A stretch of DNA of 64,000 nt, from the NCBI RefSeq assembly GCF_006345805.1, contig NC_043011.1, forward strand, positions 22,518,464-22,582,463. Reading direction: 5' to 3'. Positions 37,659 to 53,223 of the stretch are shown here, in pieces; within the stretch, counting starts at the first letter, position 1; every line of letters starts with the position of its first letter. The DNA is from Octopus sinensis (Eukaryota). Under the pieces are notes generated by a model. It was not told the origin of the DNA and ran no database searches. It was given only the letters and a program-made list of their open reading frames with translations. Made by a program: the position numbers and the translations under genes.

Positions 37659-39213
37659 AGCGCGCGCGTGCGTATGTGTGTGTGTGTAAGTGCAAATAAA
37701 GGTTACAAACCTTACTGAGAGATGGCAAAATCCTATGAAAGTACTGATTAGTTACATTAACTATATAAACCATGGTTTATATTCATTTATCATAACAAGC
37801 TAAGAAAATAGAGAGATAATTGATAAATTATTATTTATTAATTTAAAAACTGACAAACATCCCTTACAGCTGTTTCAATTCAAGACCTTCAGAAATTTAA
37901 TTAATGAAATTAAAAATTAACAGAAAGGCGAATCTCGTTAGAGGTAATTTAAGATATACAGCATTTGTGTTCAATTCCTGCATGTTAAGTAAACGGCTGC
38001 ATCTTGGCGGTACTGCATCATGTCCACTGCCTTAGGACTGAAACATGTGTAAGAATAAAAGACTATATATATACATACATAAGTGTTCGTGTGTGTGAGT
38101 CTGTGTATATATATATATATATATATACACATATATAACTACTGATGGATATGTGTCAATTCATTACAGCCGTTTCTAACGAATTTTTTAATATTGATCA
38201 ATGAGTACATTATATCATTATAAAAAAAAACCATTTTCTGCAGATGAATACAGGAATTTTACAATCAAGGATATTTAAAATAATTTGAAATCCACGACGC
38301 ATACATATTTAGTCATTCAACGATTGACTCTGCGGCAAGAGCATATTTTTCCGATCATGTGCTCCAGCATCGCCGCAGTTCAATGACGGAAACATGTAAA
38401 AGATAAAAGTATTTCTTTTATACTTTTCAAAATTTAATTGACTACCCACCTCTATTGTTTTGTTATAAATAGAGTATTTTATGTTTCAGAATTCAGTTAC
38501 ATGATCAGTGACAAGGGAAATATGAATAGAAACAGCATAAGAAAAAATAATTACACTCTACATCTGTATCGAGTATTCTTTCCTCCTCTTTGTAAACTCA
38601 CACCTACAAATCCAAACACACACACACACGCATGCACGCATAGATACATACACACTCGCACGCACGCAAACACGCAAACACACACACATATGTGTATGTG
38701 TAATTACATACATATATGTGTGTGTATACATATGCACATGTGTATGTGTCTGTTTGATTGAGTTTCCTGTCAGTTTGCCATATCGAAATTGTTAGATATG
38801 CACGTAAAATGGGATAAAAACTGCCAAATAACATAATAACAAACTATTCTAATTGTGCAAGACTGCCAAATACTGACAGTAAAACAAATATATTTTAATC
38901 GTGCATGACACTAAAGAACTAATATAAATTTCTTCTAGATTACTTGTGATTCACTTGTTCCTTCCACTGAAATAAAATAAAATATAACAAAATAATATAT
39001 ATGAAAAAAAAACCCAAATCAGTAAAATATCTTCCGGTTTTTTTTTTCTTCTTTTTCCTAACATGTAATTTCAACATCTGCGCAAGAATTGTTATGTAGT
39101 TAAGAAGTTCGCTTCGCAACTACGTTGTACTGCGTTGGCTCCCACAGAGAAGGGTGTCTTGACTAGTACCTCTTGTGTAGAACCGGTAGACAGAAACTCC
39201 AAGGAAGTTGTCG

Positions 39214-39278
<65 letters not shown>

Positions 39279-39439
39279 GTCTGTCTGTCTATCTATCCAC
39301 CTACCCACCCCATACCTACCTATCTACCTACCTATCTATCTACCTACCAACCTACCTACCTACCTACCTACCTACCTACCTACCTACCTATCTACCTACC
39401 TACCTACTTACTTACCTACCCACCTACCTTCCTACCTAT

Positions 39440-40990
<1,551 letters not shown>

Positions 40991-41209
40991 GTTGCCGGGT
41001 TTTTTATTGTTCATTATACTTAGACTACACGCGCGCGTACGTGCTCATACACATGTCTAGTTAGTACCCGCGAAGGTATATATATATATATATATATACA
41101 CTTTTATATACACACACACAATTATACGTGTAAAGTTAAACACAAGCGCACACAAGTACATACGCATATGCACTCACATCATGTATGTGTTTTAACGTGT
41201 GTGTGTGTG

Positions 41210-41254
<45 letters not shown>

Positions 41255-42559
41255 CGTGTGTGCTTTTTGTGTGTGCGTGTGTGTTGGGATATTTTTACTG
41301 TTTTTTCTCTGCTATCACAACCACCTATATGCCAATCTACCGAATTCTCTCTGTCAAGAATGATGAACGAGAATTATCGAATTGCAATATATTAAATTCC
41401 TATATTGCAAAAAGAAACCAGAACCAAACCATTTCTGTTGTTATTTTCCTGATACTCTTCTGACAATAATTATCTCTAGTGAATTTAACAGGGTACTTCA
41501 GCTTCATTTCCAACCACGAACTTTTATAAGTTAAACTAGTTACAGAGGTCAATATTTATATAAGACATCAGTACGAGCCAAGGGAGAACCTCAACGTGGT
41601 CATTCGACGTGCAGCAACCTCATCTACCTCAGATCCATGCCCGTTGCTTAAGGGGCTGCACTGGACGGCACTTCCCCCTCACTATTCAATGGTGCACCCT
41701 TGGATTTACTCCACTTTAACATTATTACAAATTAGTGCCCACCCAGAATATTCTGAAGCACACCCAGGCAATAAAGTCTGACGATGAGCCTGCTCAAATC
41801 ATACTGGGGCGACATAAACACACATATTAGCCGTTTTTTACTTTTATTCTTTTCTGGTTTCAGTTACCTGCTACGTCCATTCTAGAACACCACCTTCGAG
41901 CCCTAGTACTCATCTTTTTAGGTCTGGTTCGTATTTTATTGAAGTTGAACCAGTAGGTACAGAACCTAAACGTAAACACTGACACACATACACACAATCA
42001 TATATACACATATACACAATTATACATACACACATTAACAGAGGTACTAGGCTGTGCAAGGTTAAGGCAATGTACAGATGTGAGTATATTTGTTCATATA
42101 TTTGTTGTGCTTAAACAGTATATCATTTGCCATGTTGTACTCCTGGCAATTATATCATAGTTGTTGAAAGTTGATTGAGTGAACAAGCACAAAAAATTAT
42201 TGTAAAGAGGCTCCTCGTCTTGCTTAAGGAATGTGAGACTACAGCCTCTTCCAAGATATCTTGCATCACTCCCAAGCAGGAGCTTTTTGGCAAATTTCGC
42301 AGTATGTCGCTCAGATATATAAAGTGAAAGTTTCGAGGTCCTAGAATGATGTTGGATCATGAATATTGTGCAGGAGTTGTACGAGATTTAAAAATCGTCT
42401 TCAGAACGTTTGCATGCATTTCAAACAACATTAGAGAGAAATTATTTTCATTTTTTAACATATTTAAATATGCTTATATTGATGTAAACTCATATTTATT
42501 AAAGCGGTCAGCAGCAATGCAGATATAAAATTATATAATTATATAGGCAGTATATATTG

Positions 42560-42750
42560 ATTTTAAATGTTGGCACAAGGCCAGCAATTTCGGTGGAAGG
42601 GGTCAGTATTCAACTGGCTCTTATTTTATTGACACTGAAAGGATGAAAGGCAAGTCAACCTTTGCGGAACTTGAACTCAGAACGTGAAGACATACAAAAT
42701 ACAACTAAGCATTTTGCCTGGCGTGCTAACGATTCTGCCAGCTCGCCGCG
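42560..42750 (-). mobile_element. tRNA-derived SINE, family A
   Basis: Family A core, reverse orientation. Confidence 0.7.
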
Positions 42751-43299
42751 TTATAGACAGTATATATTGAAACACTCTTGTCAATTAAGATTCTTCATTA
42801 GCAAAATTAATATCTTCGAAAAGTTAGAGTGTACTTTCAAATATCATCGAAAACACAAAATAATTTATTGTTTCACGTTTCGATTCGTTTATACTTTTAT
42901 AACATTCAGATATTATGCTCAATAAATCAAGTTGTTAATTTTAATAAAATTTGAAATATATTGTGAAAATTAAAAGCCTTAATTATAGAGTATAAAATGT
43001 AAATAATTAAGAAATATAAACCGAATTATGATTTTATCTTTTATGGTTTTCAGACCATATTTAAATGGACCATTTAGTTGTGGAAGTTTAATAACGACAG
43101 GATTCTAAATATGTGCTATTCCTCTCCTCACACTATCTCTCTCTGCATATGTGTGTGCTCATGTGTGTGTATGCGCACGCGCGTGTGTGCTTGTATATAT
43201 ATATATCCTCTTTTGCCCTTACTCTTTTACTCGTTTCAGGCATGCGACTGCGGTCGTGCTGGAGCACCACCGTGGTCTTTCTGATTTTTTCATTCAGGG

Positions 43300-44250
43300 G
43301 TGTTTCAGATCACCACTCCTGTGTGTGCTTTTGTCCTAGCTGTTGGCCCATTTGGTGTATAGGGGAGTTTGATTCCACTGCCCTCGTCTGCAACTCATGT
43401 CGGGCTGTTGGTTCATCCGGTTTGTGGAGAGGAAGATGTCTAGTTCCTTTTTGAAGACATCTACTTCCACCTTATGCAGATTTCTTAATTTTTGCGGTAG
43501 GGCATTGAAGGGCTGTGGACCTTTGAATCCGAGACTATTGCAGTACTTGGTCATGAATTTAGAAGGAGTAGATGGTATCTTTGGTACAATGCAATGCGGC
43601 CAGGTCTGGCATTTGTATAACACTCAATGCCGAAATTCGGCAGTAGCTTGTCTAGAGTTTTCCATATGTAAATTATTGCATATATCTCACGCCTTCGCTC
43701 CAGGGAGTTAAGTCGCAGTTTTCTCAGCTTATCCCCCGAGGCTCATCTGTTGCACTGTTTCAATATTTTTAGTGTAGTGGCGTTGGACTGGTTCAAGCCC
43801 CGCTGTTAGTTTGGAGCTATGTGTGACGATAACTGGGAGCAGTAGTCCAGGAGGCTGAGAGCAAAAGTTCTCCACATGGTCGACATAGTTTCTTTGTCTC
43901 TTGTCTTGAAGTATATCAGTATCCATTCTGCCAGTTGTCGGCACTTTGCTGCCATCTTGATAATGTGCATATAAAATGATGTGTCATTACCTGTGACTCT
44001 GGGATTGTAGTGCCTTTGGGTCCTGTATATGCAGGTTGTAGTGCATTTGTGAGTTAATAGTGCAGTGCTTGAAATTTTCCAGCATTAAACTGCATGTTGT
44101 TTATTTCAGCCCACTTGTATATCGAATTCAGGTCCCGCTGTAAGCTTGCGACGTCATCTTCGTTTTTTATTGCCTGTCATAATTTTGTATCATCGGCATA
44201 GCTAGTGACAGTGGCTGTCCGAGTGGCCGTGGGCATGTCTAAGAGGGCTA
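43300..44250 (-). pseudogene. CR1/L2-like LINE RT 3' fragment
   Basis: SYADDTKL, LQRDLNSIYKWAEINNMQFNAGKF and GPQPFNALPQKLRN...FKKELD. Same family as 62120-62700. Confidence 0.8.
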
Positions 44251-44282
44251 TATATACATATATACATACACACACTCACACA

Positions 44283-44316
<34 letters not shown>

Positions 44317-44410
44317 ACACATATATATGTATATATATATGTATATATACATAGATATCATTTACATTATTTACATTTGACGGATATTTGTCCTCGTCTT
44401 GTTTGTTGTT

Positions 44411-44456
44411 AACACAACGTTTCGGCTGATATACCCTCCAGCCTTCATCAGGTGTT
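44411..44456 (-). ncRNA. Type I hammerhead ribozyme motif
   Basis: AACAC-CTGATGA-A-GGCTG gagggtatat CAGCC-GAAAC-GTT-GTGTT. Intact core, stems I and II, palindromic stem III. Confidence 0.8.
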
Positions 44457-44503
44457 TTGGAGAAATTTCGAACCTGGATTCTCATTCCTAAGGTATTTTT
44501 CGA

Positions 44504-44538
<35 letters not shown>

Positions 44539-44670
44539 TATTATTATTATTATTATCATTCAGATCACTGCTTGGAATCTAACTCGGAATTTTGGGGTTA
44601 GTAGCCCGCGCTCTTAACCACTACGCCATATGCATGTGGGAATGAGAACCCATGTTAGAAATTTCCCCAA

Positions 44671-44716
44671 GGCACCTGATGAAAGCTGGAGGGTATATCA
44701 GCTGAAACGTTGTGTT
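44671..44716 (+). ncRNA. Type I hammerhead ribozyme motif
   Basis: GGCAC-CTGATGA-A-AGCTG gagggtatat CAGCT-GAAAC-GTT-GTGTT. Confidence 0.8.
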
Positions 44717-44848
44717 AACAACAAACAAGATGAATACAAATATCCGTCAAATGTAAATAATGTACATAATTCCCCATCTCTTAAATATAGAACTATACAT
44801 ACATACATTCACACACATACATACATACATAATACATACATACATATA

Positions 44849-44904
<56 letters not shown>

Positions 44905-44908
<4 letters not shown>

Positions 44909-46187
44909 TATACATACATAAGTGTGTTATAGTGTCTGTCTGTGTGTGTAAGGGGTTTCTAACTCCTCCCACACCATCCAACCGATTTTAATGAGTTTTG
45001 GCACATAGGTAGATCACATGCCCTGAATTTCAAATGAGGCTGAAATTTTTCAAAAACTCGATAATGCTCATTTGGCATCGATTTTTGTGAGCTCAATCGG
45101 GCGTTTGAATGGAAATTTCCATAACAATGTTATTTTCCTGCAGCTTTTGCGTCTTTTGTCCGATTTTGATAAAAATCGATGAGTGAGCGAGGCTCATGGC
45201 AGTGAGTTGATGTCAGTATATAGCATTAACAAAAAATCGATAATTGCGTCTGAGCATTGGTTTTATAAAATCAATAGGCTTTTTGCGTGCAAATATCTAT
45301 AGGGATTTTATTTTTGGCCGTAACTTTTATATTTTTTATCCGATTTTAATGAAATTTGAGATGTAGATAAATTTTGTGGTGGGAGGAGACAGTAAAAGTG
45401 TTTATTTAATTGAAATGGGCTTGAAAAGGGCACAAATACAAATAGATATTTCCTTAGAGACATTCTTATCGATTCAGTAGAAATTTTACATGTGATTACA
45501 GTTCATGTCCGTTAGTTGATGCCAGCATGAAGAGTTGACAAAAAAATCGATAATTGCGCGAGCGGGAGACTTTCAGAAATGAATAGGTTTTTTGTATGCA
45601 ATTACCCATAGGATTAATGTTTTATACCGTAACTTTTACAGAATTCATCTGATTTTGATGAAAGTTTATGTTCGGAGTCATGTAGTAGAAGTAAAATTAA
45701 ACTAGTGAAAGGCAGAAATCATCAAAATTCACTCACAATAAAATAATGAACTGATTTTGAAGAAAATTGACCCATGAGTTAAATTAAGCACTTTGACATA
45801 TGAAGCATCGATTATTCATATATATGGGGATTTAAAAGTCAATGAGATATTTGCATGTAAATGGTCACATGAATTCTATTTTATGACATAACCTTAACAC
45901 TTGGACACGCTAATCAATTTTGTACAGAGGGTGGCATTAAGGGGAGGAAAATAAAGAAACAACACTCTCAACGGGTCGAGGAACACCTAAAACTTTGCTT
46001 GCGATTTCAGACGGTCCAGTATGTAGGAGTACGCCGAAAGCGTTAACCGGGTAAAATCCCTGCCGAACAAGATATAACATCTTAATGGGTAAAAGTTGAA
46101 GCGGGGAACGTAGAAGATTTCAATACAAGGTCAGAGGTGGGCTTAACATCAACACGGAAAACAGAAGCAACGCCGGTTCAACAGCTA

Positions 46188-46188
<1 letters not shown>
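44905..46188 (+). mobile_element. Non-autonomous Helitron-like element
   Basis: Shares CTAACTCCTCCCACA with 7117-7633. Internal imperfect repeats. Ends GCAACGCCGG...CTAG (46185-46188) followed by T. Confidence 0.7.
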
Positions 46189-46807
<619 letters not shown>

Positions 46808-46811
<4 letters not shown>

Positions 46812-47198
46812 TTGAATAAAGCTAACACATAGTCTGGTTTTCACGCTTTTTTTATCGTACTAAAAAAAATTTTTTTTTCAATATGAAGTGTGTTAAACAT
46901 TAAAAAAAATATTTGTAATGTTCATAAAGTTCAATTAGCGCTTTCATACGTTCGTAGTAATCATCAGATTTCAAAATGTACGTAACTGACAGTTGGGTTC
47001 TTGACAATTGTAGTAGAATGACTGACCTCTTCCTTTTTATACCTCTTAGAAGGCTCCAACAAGCTGAATCTTTCGAATACGGTTTTGAGCAATCCGCATG
47101 CAGCTTAAACCTCACGATATTGTAAAAACGTTTTTTTTTAAAAAATACAATAATAAAAAACGTGAAAATCAGACCATGATTTAACTTTATTCCACTGA
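46808..47198. mobile_element. Tc1/mariner-type MITE
   Basis: Imperfect 40-bp TIRs TCAGTTGAATAAAGCTAACACATAGTCTGGTTTTCACG and CGTGAAAATCAGACCATGATTTAACTTTATTCCACTGA, flanked by TA. Confidence 0.75.
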
Positions 47199-47246
47199 TA
47201 TATTATTCTAAACACATTTATACAATTCGGAATAATAGATAGATAG

Positions 47247-47278
<32 letters not shown>

Positions 47279-47475
47279 GTATATATACATATACATACAT
47301 ACATACAGTAAATAATATTTATATAATATATATATATATATACACATAATATAATATATATATCTATACATATATATTATATATACATATATATATAGAT
47401 ATATATACATATATAAGTATATATACATATATACATATATATATATATGCATTGCATATACATATATATATCACA

Positions 47476-47516
<41 letters not shown>

Positions 47517-47551
47517 GCACATATATATATATATATATGCATATACATATA

Positions 47552-48266
47552 CAGGTGATTGGAAAGTAACTCCCCTATTTTAAAATGCTTATAATTTATT
47601 TATTAACTATAATTTTTTTCTCAAATTTGCTGTGTGTTTTTAATGTATGGGAATTGATTCCATGTTTTTTTTTCAGATCGATTATTTTGTTTCAACTTTA
47701 GAAGCCCTACAAACATGGCTGGATGTTTTACTGTGCAGGAGTGTGCCCAGCTAGCAGCACATTGCGAAGTTTGGAGATCAGTCGTTCAAGTGCAAAGATG
47801 GTGGAGAACCATTAGAAAAGACATGCTCAAGTTGATGCAAAGACAATCAAGAATTGCCATGCAAAATTCATGACTACAGGATTTGTAGATGATACTTGAA
47901 GTGGTCGTCCTTCCAATTCATCAAGGTCCACATGACCGGCTGGCCGGAAGCCCTGATGTAACACCCTGTGACTGTTTTCTTTGGGGTTGGTTAAAGGAAG
48001 GAGTCTTTTATACCAAACCAAAGACTTTGGAAGAACTTGAAGAACGAGAAGTAATGTCTTGCATTCCACAAGAGTTCCTGATGAAATCAGTTGATGTGGT
48101 TCCCAAGCGGCTTCAGAAGCTGGTGGTGAATGATAATGCCTATATCAAATTTTAAATAAAATGCAATGCTATAGAGTTTCTTTACATATTCGTTTTTTCT
48201 AAAAATTATAGTTAATAAATAAATTATAAGCATTTTAAAATAGGGAGTTACTTTTCAATCACCCTG
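47552..48266 (+). mobile_element. Internally deleted IS630/Tc1/mariner transposon
   Basis: About 65-bp TIRs CAGGTGATTGGAAAGTAACTCCC... with TA flanks. Transposase remnant SPDVTPCDCFLWGWLKEGVFYTKPKTLEEL (third catalytic residue D). Confidence 0.88.
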
Positions 48267-48535
48267 TATATACATACACACATATATGTACATATATATA
48301 CATACATATATAGATGTATATATACATACGTATATAGATGTATATATACATATATATTTACATACGTATATAGATGTATATATACATATATATATACATA
48401 TATATACATATATACATATATATACATATATATACACTTATATACATATATATACATATATACACATACATATAGATTATATATACTTATATATAGGATA
48501 TACTTATATATATCTAACTTTTATATATCTATATA

Positions 48536-48578
<43 letters not shown>

Positions 48579-48614
48579 CTGTTAGAATGTCTTATTGACG
48601 AGTTTCATTTCTTC

Positions 48615-48702
48615 ACTTCCCTGAAGAGAAGATACTTTGTTTTACACCATTTTATTCCTTTGGAATAATACAAGTGATATCTTCGAAACATATGTCGGAA
48701 GT
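48615..48702 (+). ncRNA. Complete type I hammerhead ribozyme motif
   Basis: ACTTCC-CTGAAGA-GAAGATA [43 nt] TATCTTC-GAAAC-ATAT-GT-C-GGAAGT. Perfect 6-bp stem I, 7-bp stem II, stem III and a GUC site (cleavage after 48696). Confidence 0.85.
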
Positions 48703-48898
48703 ATACGAATTTGAATAACACCTGCATTTAACTCCATTTATTTATTGACATATATTATTCAAAAGATTTCACGCAAACCCGAAGATTCTACCTTTAAAAA
48801 CAACGAATTACAATAGTTTTACTGGTGATTTTTTGCTACCTTGGTAACTATCTATATATTTTTCCTTGTTAATTGTTAACAATGGAAAAATACACACA

Positions 48899-48932
<34 letters not shown>

Positions 48933-49048
48933 CATACATATATAAATAAATAAATATTTACACACACATATATATACATATATATATACAGGTTTATATA
49001 CATATTTATATACATAAACAAGAAAAAAGCAACAAGAATGGATTAGTT

Positions 49049-49139
49049 GTTCAGTACAATTGTTTCATACGAAGAACAGATTTATTTAAAGCTGCAAATA
49101 TTGCAGCAATTACAAGTGTCCCGTATTCTTCAGCCAAAA
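49049..49139 (-). ncRNA. Type I hammerhead ribozyme motif
   Basis: Minus strand TTTGG-CTGAAGA-ATACGGG [long loop] TTCGTAT-GAAAC-AATT-GT-A-CTGAA. Stem II and palindromic stem III pair, stem I has G-U pairs. Confidence 0.7.
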
Positions 49140-49959
49140 CACATATACTTATATTTACATACATATAAATACATCTATATATACATATATATATACGTAT
49201 ATATATACATACATACATATATGTATACATATACATGTACACATATGTATACACACACATATATATATATATACATACACACACACATATATGTATACAT
49301 ATACACACACAGACATATATATATATACATATACACAGATATATATATATATATACATACATATATATACATATGTATACATACATATATATATATACAT
49401 ATATACACATATGTATACACATACATTTATATATTTACACATCTATATGTATATATACACATATACATATATATTTACGTACACATATATTTATTTTCAA
49501 ACATATGTATACATATGCATCTAGATACATGCATATATATATATTTACACACACACACTAATATATATATATATATATACATCCACCCATCCATCCGTGT
49601 GTGCGTACGTGCGTGCGTGCGTGCGTACGTACATACATACATACATACATAACTCAGAACATGAAGACAGACGAATGGACACTAAGCACTAACGATTCTG
49701 CCCACTTGCTGTCTTACAATTGACTCTAAATAGTAAAACTGTCAGAAAAATAGAGCAGTTACTGAACTGAAATCAAGGTAAGTTGTGGTAAGTTTGCTTT
49801 AAATCTAGGATTATATTGATATTTTCATTTATTACATATTTTTGGCAATATCGTATGAGTAATACCTGATAAAACTTTTGTTTGACAATGAGGTTTAGTG
49901 AAATAAACTACGTTATCCTATTAATGGGTTCTAATTCAGGCATAAGTCCAGAAGCTTTT

Positions 49960-50320
49960 GTGGCAGCTTTTAGCTGGTACTTTATTTTATCGAACCCGTA
50001 AAAATTTGATCTCGGCGGAGTTTCAACTCAGAATGTAAAGAGGTAGAACAGATGCCGCGAAGCATTTTCGGACGTTCTAATGAATCTGCTAAAATCACCG
50101 CTTTACAGTTGCAAATTTTGGCACAGCGCAGGCGGTTTTTGAGGGGAGGGTGAAGTCGATTAAAACCACCCCAATACTTGACTGGTACTTATTTTATCGA
50201 CCCCGAAAGGATGAAAGACAAAGTCGGCCTCGGCGAAATTTGAACTCAACGTAATGACAGACGAAGTACCGCTAAACATTTTGTTCGGCTTGCAAACAGT
50301 TCCGCTAGCTCGCCGCCTTC
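49960..50320 (-). mobile_element. Two tandem family A SINE copies
   Basis: Family A core twice, reverse orientation, just past the 3' end of the GTPase gene. Confidence 0.7.
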
Positions 50321-50796
50321 AGCATTTTACTAATAACAATTATACGAAATATTTAAAAACTTCAATTTTTTTTATTAACGTTTCAATTGTTTTATAATAA
50401 TTTATTTGTTTTTTTAAAAATATGTCATCTGACTTTTTGTTTTTTACAGTTTTCTTCTGTCCATTTTATGATTTTACATTGGCTTTAATGAAAAAATATG
50501 TTATACACATGGTAAAAGGCATTTCTGAGAACTTTGTTTTAGACTATCTGCTGGCTTTCCGATACTCACTCAACCCACATAATCTGTTATGTAAAATATT
50601 TGACATAAAACACATCTCAATTTTACTTCTTTTAACAGATAATAACAAATAAAAAAAACATTAAGATAAAATATTAAAAAATATGCGTCTTCTCAAGTAA
50701 CAAACGTGCAAAAATGAAGCCAGTTAGGATTTATCATGACGTAAGTTTCTGCAAAGCAAACGACAGCTTTTACATTCCACATCGTAATTGTCTGCA

Positions 50797-51234
50797 TTAC
50801 AAGGTCGATGTTCGATGGCGAATTTGAAGACGTTTCTCGGTGAAATTTTTTAGAGATTGTCGTATATCCAATTTTAAACCACCTTCTGAATTTTTTGACT
50901 TTTCCTTTTTCTTTCGACAATGTCGAACCTCTTGAATCAAAGTCCTCACAGCCTTTTCTACACTGTCGTAACTATCCCCAGCAGATACTTCAGAAAACAG
51001 AAGATTCCTATTACGGCAAAAAGCTAAACCTTCTTCGAATTGTACTTGTCTCATATGTAACATATCGGCTTTGTTGCCTATGACAGAAATTGGTGTTGCT
51101 TCGTCACACAGTTGTAATACCTTGTCCACGAGTTTCTTACATGATTCGAAGCTTTCTCGATCCATGATTGAGTAAACAATCATAATCCCATCAGCCCACG
51201 ATAAGTGGTTCTCTCGCTGTTGACTGTCAATAGC
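50797..51234 (-). CDS. RERG: RERG/RASL11/RASL12-family Ras-like small GTPase, terminal exon
   Basis: Acceptor ctacttccag, phase 0, 146 codons. WADGIMIVYSIMDRESF, G4 GNKAD, G5 EVSAG, basic C-terminus without CAAX. Exact orthology within the subfamily is not established. Confidence 0.88.
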   Translation of the reverse strand, partial: AIDSQQRENHLSWADGIMIVYSIMDRESFESCKKLVDKVLQLCDEATPISVIGNKADMLHMRQVQFEEGLAFCRNRNLLFSEVSAGDSYDSVEKAVRTLIQEVRHCRKKKEKSKNSEGGLKLDIRQSLKNFTEKRLQIRHRTSTL

Positions 51235-52413
51235 CTGGAAGTAGATACGAACACGAATTAGGCATAAGCGAAAATAAATAATTTAAATTGCTGATTATGT
51301 GCATATCTATGAGGGGTTTAAGCCCTCTGGGAATAATTATTTTCACATAAAGGTGTCATATCACCAACATATGTGTAGTTACATTAACGTACAAATAAAA
51401 AAAAAACATATAATCACATATATACATGGAAAACTACATATGTACTGATACACACACAAAAGTACCTGTCGGGATATCAATATGTATTATAAAATTAAAT
51501 ATTTTACTGGGCCCACTTTTATTTTACAATTAGGCCTACCTAGTTCTTCTCCAGATCTTTTAATTTGTGCTCGGTTGATTTTTCCAATGAACCACTGGTA
51601 TTAAAATGGAGTACATATGAAACTGTTTAACTTCAGAGACTTTACAGAAACAGGTGCTTTAAATATCAATTAAGAGTTTCCATTTCTAAGATTGATTCAA
51701 GTTCTCCATAAATCAAATCTAACTCTAAGTGCTACTCTCTATTTTTTGTCAGTAAAATATACCTAGTGATTATGCAACGAAGGAATAAAAATATAGTTTA
51801 CTTTTCAAACGATAAATCCTGAAAAAAGTTCATGTACATGCTTCCTGTTCTGGTGTTATCTTTCAAAATGCTTTATATCAATTATTTTTGAAACAGCCTT
51901 GTTATTACATTAGCACAACATCAACCGTACACATGCAAAGAAGAGCAAAAACAGAAAAACGTAACAACAATTACAAACCATAACGAGAACAACCACAACC
52001 ACTAATAGCAACGTTTTCACACTATAGATAAGTAGAGAAATTTAGTTTTCTGATATCAAATTGTTCTTGGCGTTGATAAGCTTTACTTACACCTCACTTT
52101 ATCGCTATAACGTATACAGATTAGATCTTTCCGATCGTAATGATGGTAAATTACCGTCAATTGGCCTCCGTAAAGAATTTGCAAGCTAAAACCGCCTCCC
52201 TGGTGGGGATAAACAACACTGTACGTAAGCCAGAAGAATTCGCAATCATCTTGATATTTTCTGACGTGTTCTGTCAAGGTATAACTTATTTATTACACTC
52301 GAGATCTCGTTTGCAGAATTATATTTTCAGCATGTTTTTATTTCATATTGTAAATTACCATTAAAAAGTAATTCGTTGTGCATATGAAATTAAATTTCTC
52401 TTAGAAGTGTAAT

Positions 52414-52612
52414 GTATTTCACTACTGCCCACAAGGGGCTAAACACAGAGGGGACAAACGGATTATGTCGATTACATCGACCCCAGGGCGTAACTGGTAC
52501 TTAATTTATCGACCCCGAAAGGATGAAAGGCAAAGTCGACCTCGGCGGAATTTGAACTCAGAACGTAACGGCAGACGAAATACGGCTACGCATTTCGCCC
52601 GGCGTGCTAACG
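52414..52612 (-). mobile_element. Slightly 5'-truncated family A SINE with 12-bp TSD
   Basis: AGAAGTGTAATG duplicated on both sides. Confidence 0.85.
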
Positions 52613-53134
52613 AGAAGTGTAATGGATGGCTGAATGGTTAAGCGTGCGATATTTTGCATGCGATGCCCGAATGACATGTAGCAAATTACTGTCGTATTTT
52701 AGCCCCAGATAAACCCCAATCCAAAACTATAGGCATTTTTGTAGTTACAATTGTGTTTATTCCTAGACAAAAATGTATCTATAAATACATTATGCATCGT
52801 GGGAAATTTAACTATCTCTCTCTCTTACTCACTCACTCACACACACGAAATACGGGCCAAGTATTTGTGGTCACATCAGTGAACCATAAACAGATGCCCT
52901 ACAACACAATATATACCAAATTTTAACTCACCCATTTCTTTCAGATAAATACAGAGCCTCAAAATGGCTCACACCAGTCTGGCACACACTCACACACACA
53001 CACACACACACACACAAGAAATAAAAAGGCAAGTTGTGCTCTTGGCTTTATCCGCCAAACACATGAGGCTTTCGTGTTCAGAATCAGAAAGTAGCTGGAG
53101 GTATCCAGCAAAGACGTATCAACCGTGACTAAGA

Positions 53135-53223
<89 letters not shown>

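Larger units (their letters stand above)
44363..44764. mobile_element. Inverted pair of hammerhead-bearing repeats flanking (TAA)n and a tRNA-like head
   Basis: Arms 44363-44488 and 44639-44764 are reverse complements. The spacer holds (TTA)n and a minus-strand Pol III A/B-box head at about 44570-44633. Confidence 0.8.
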
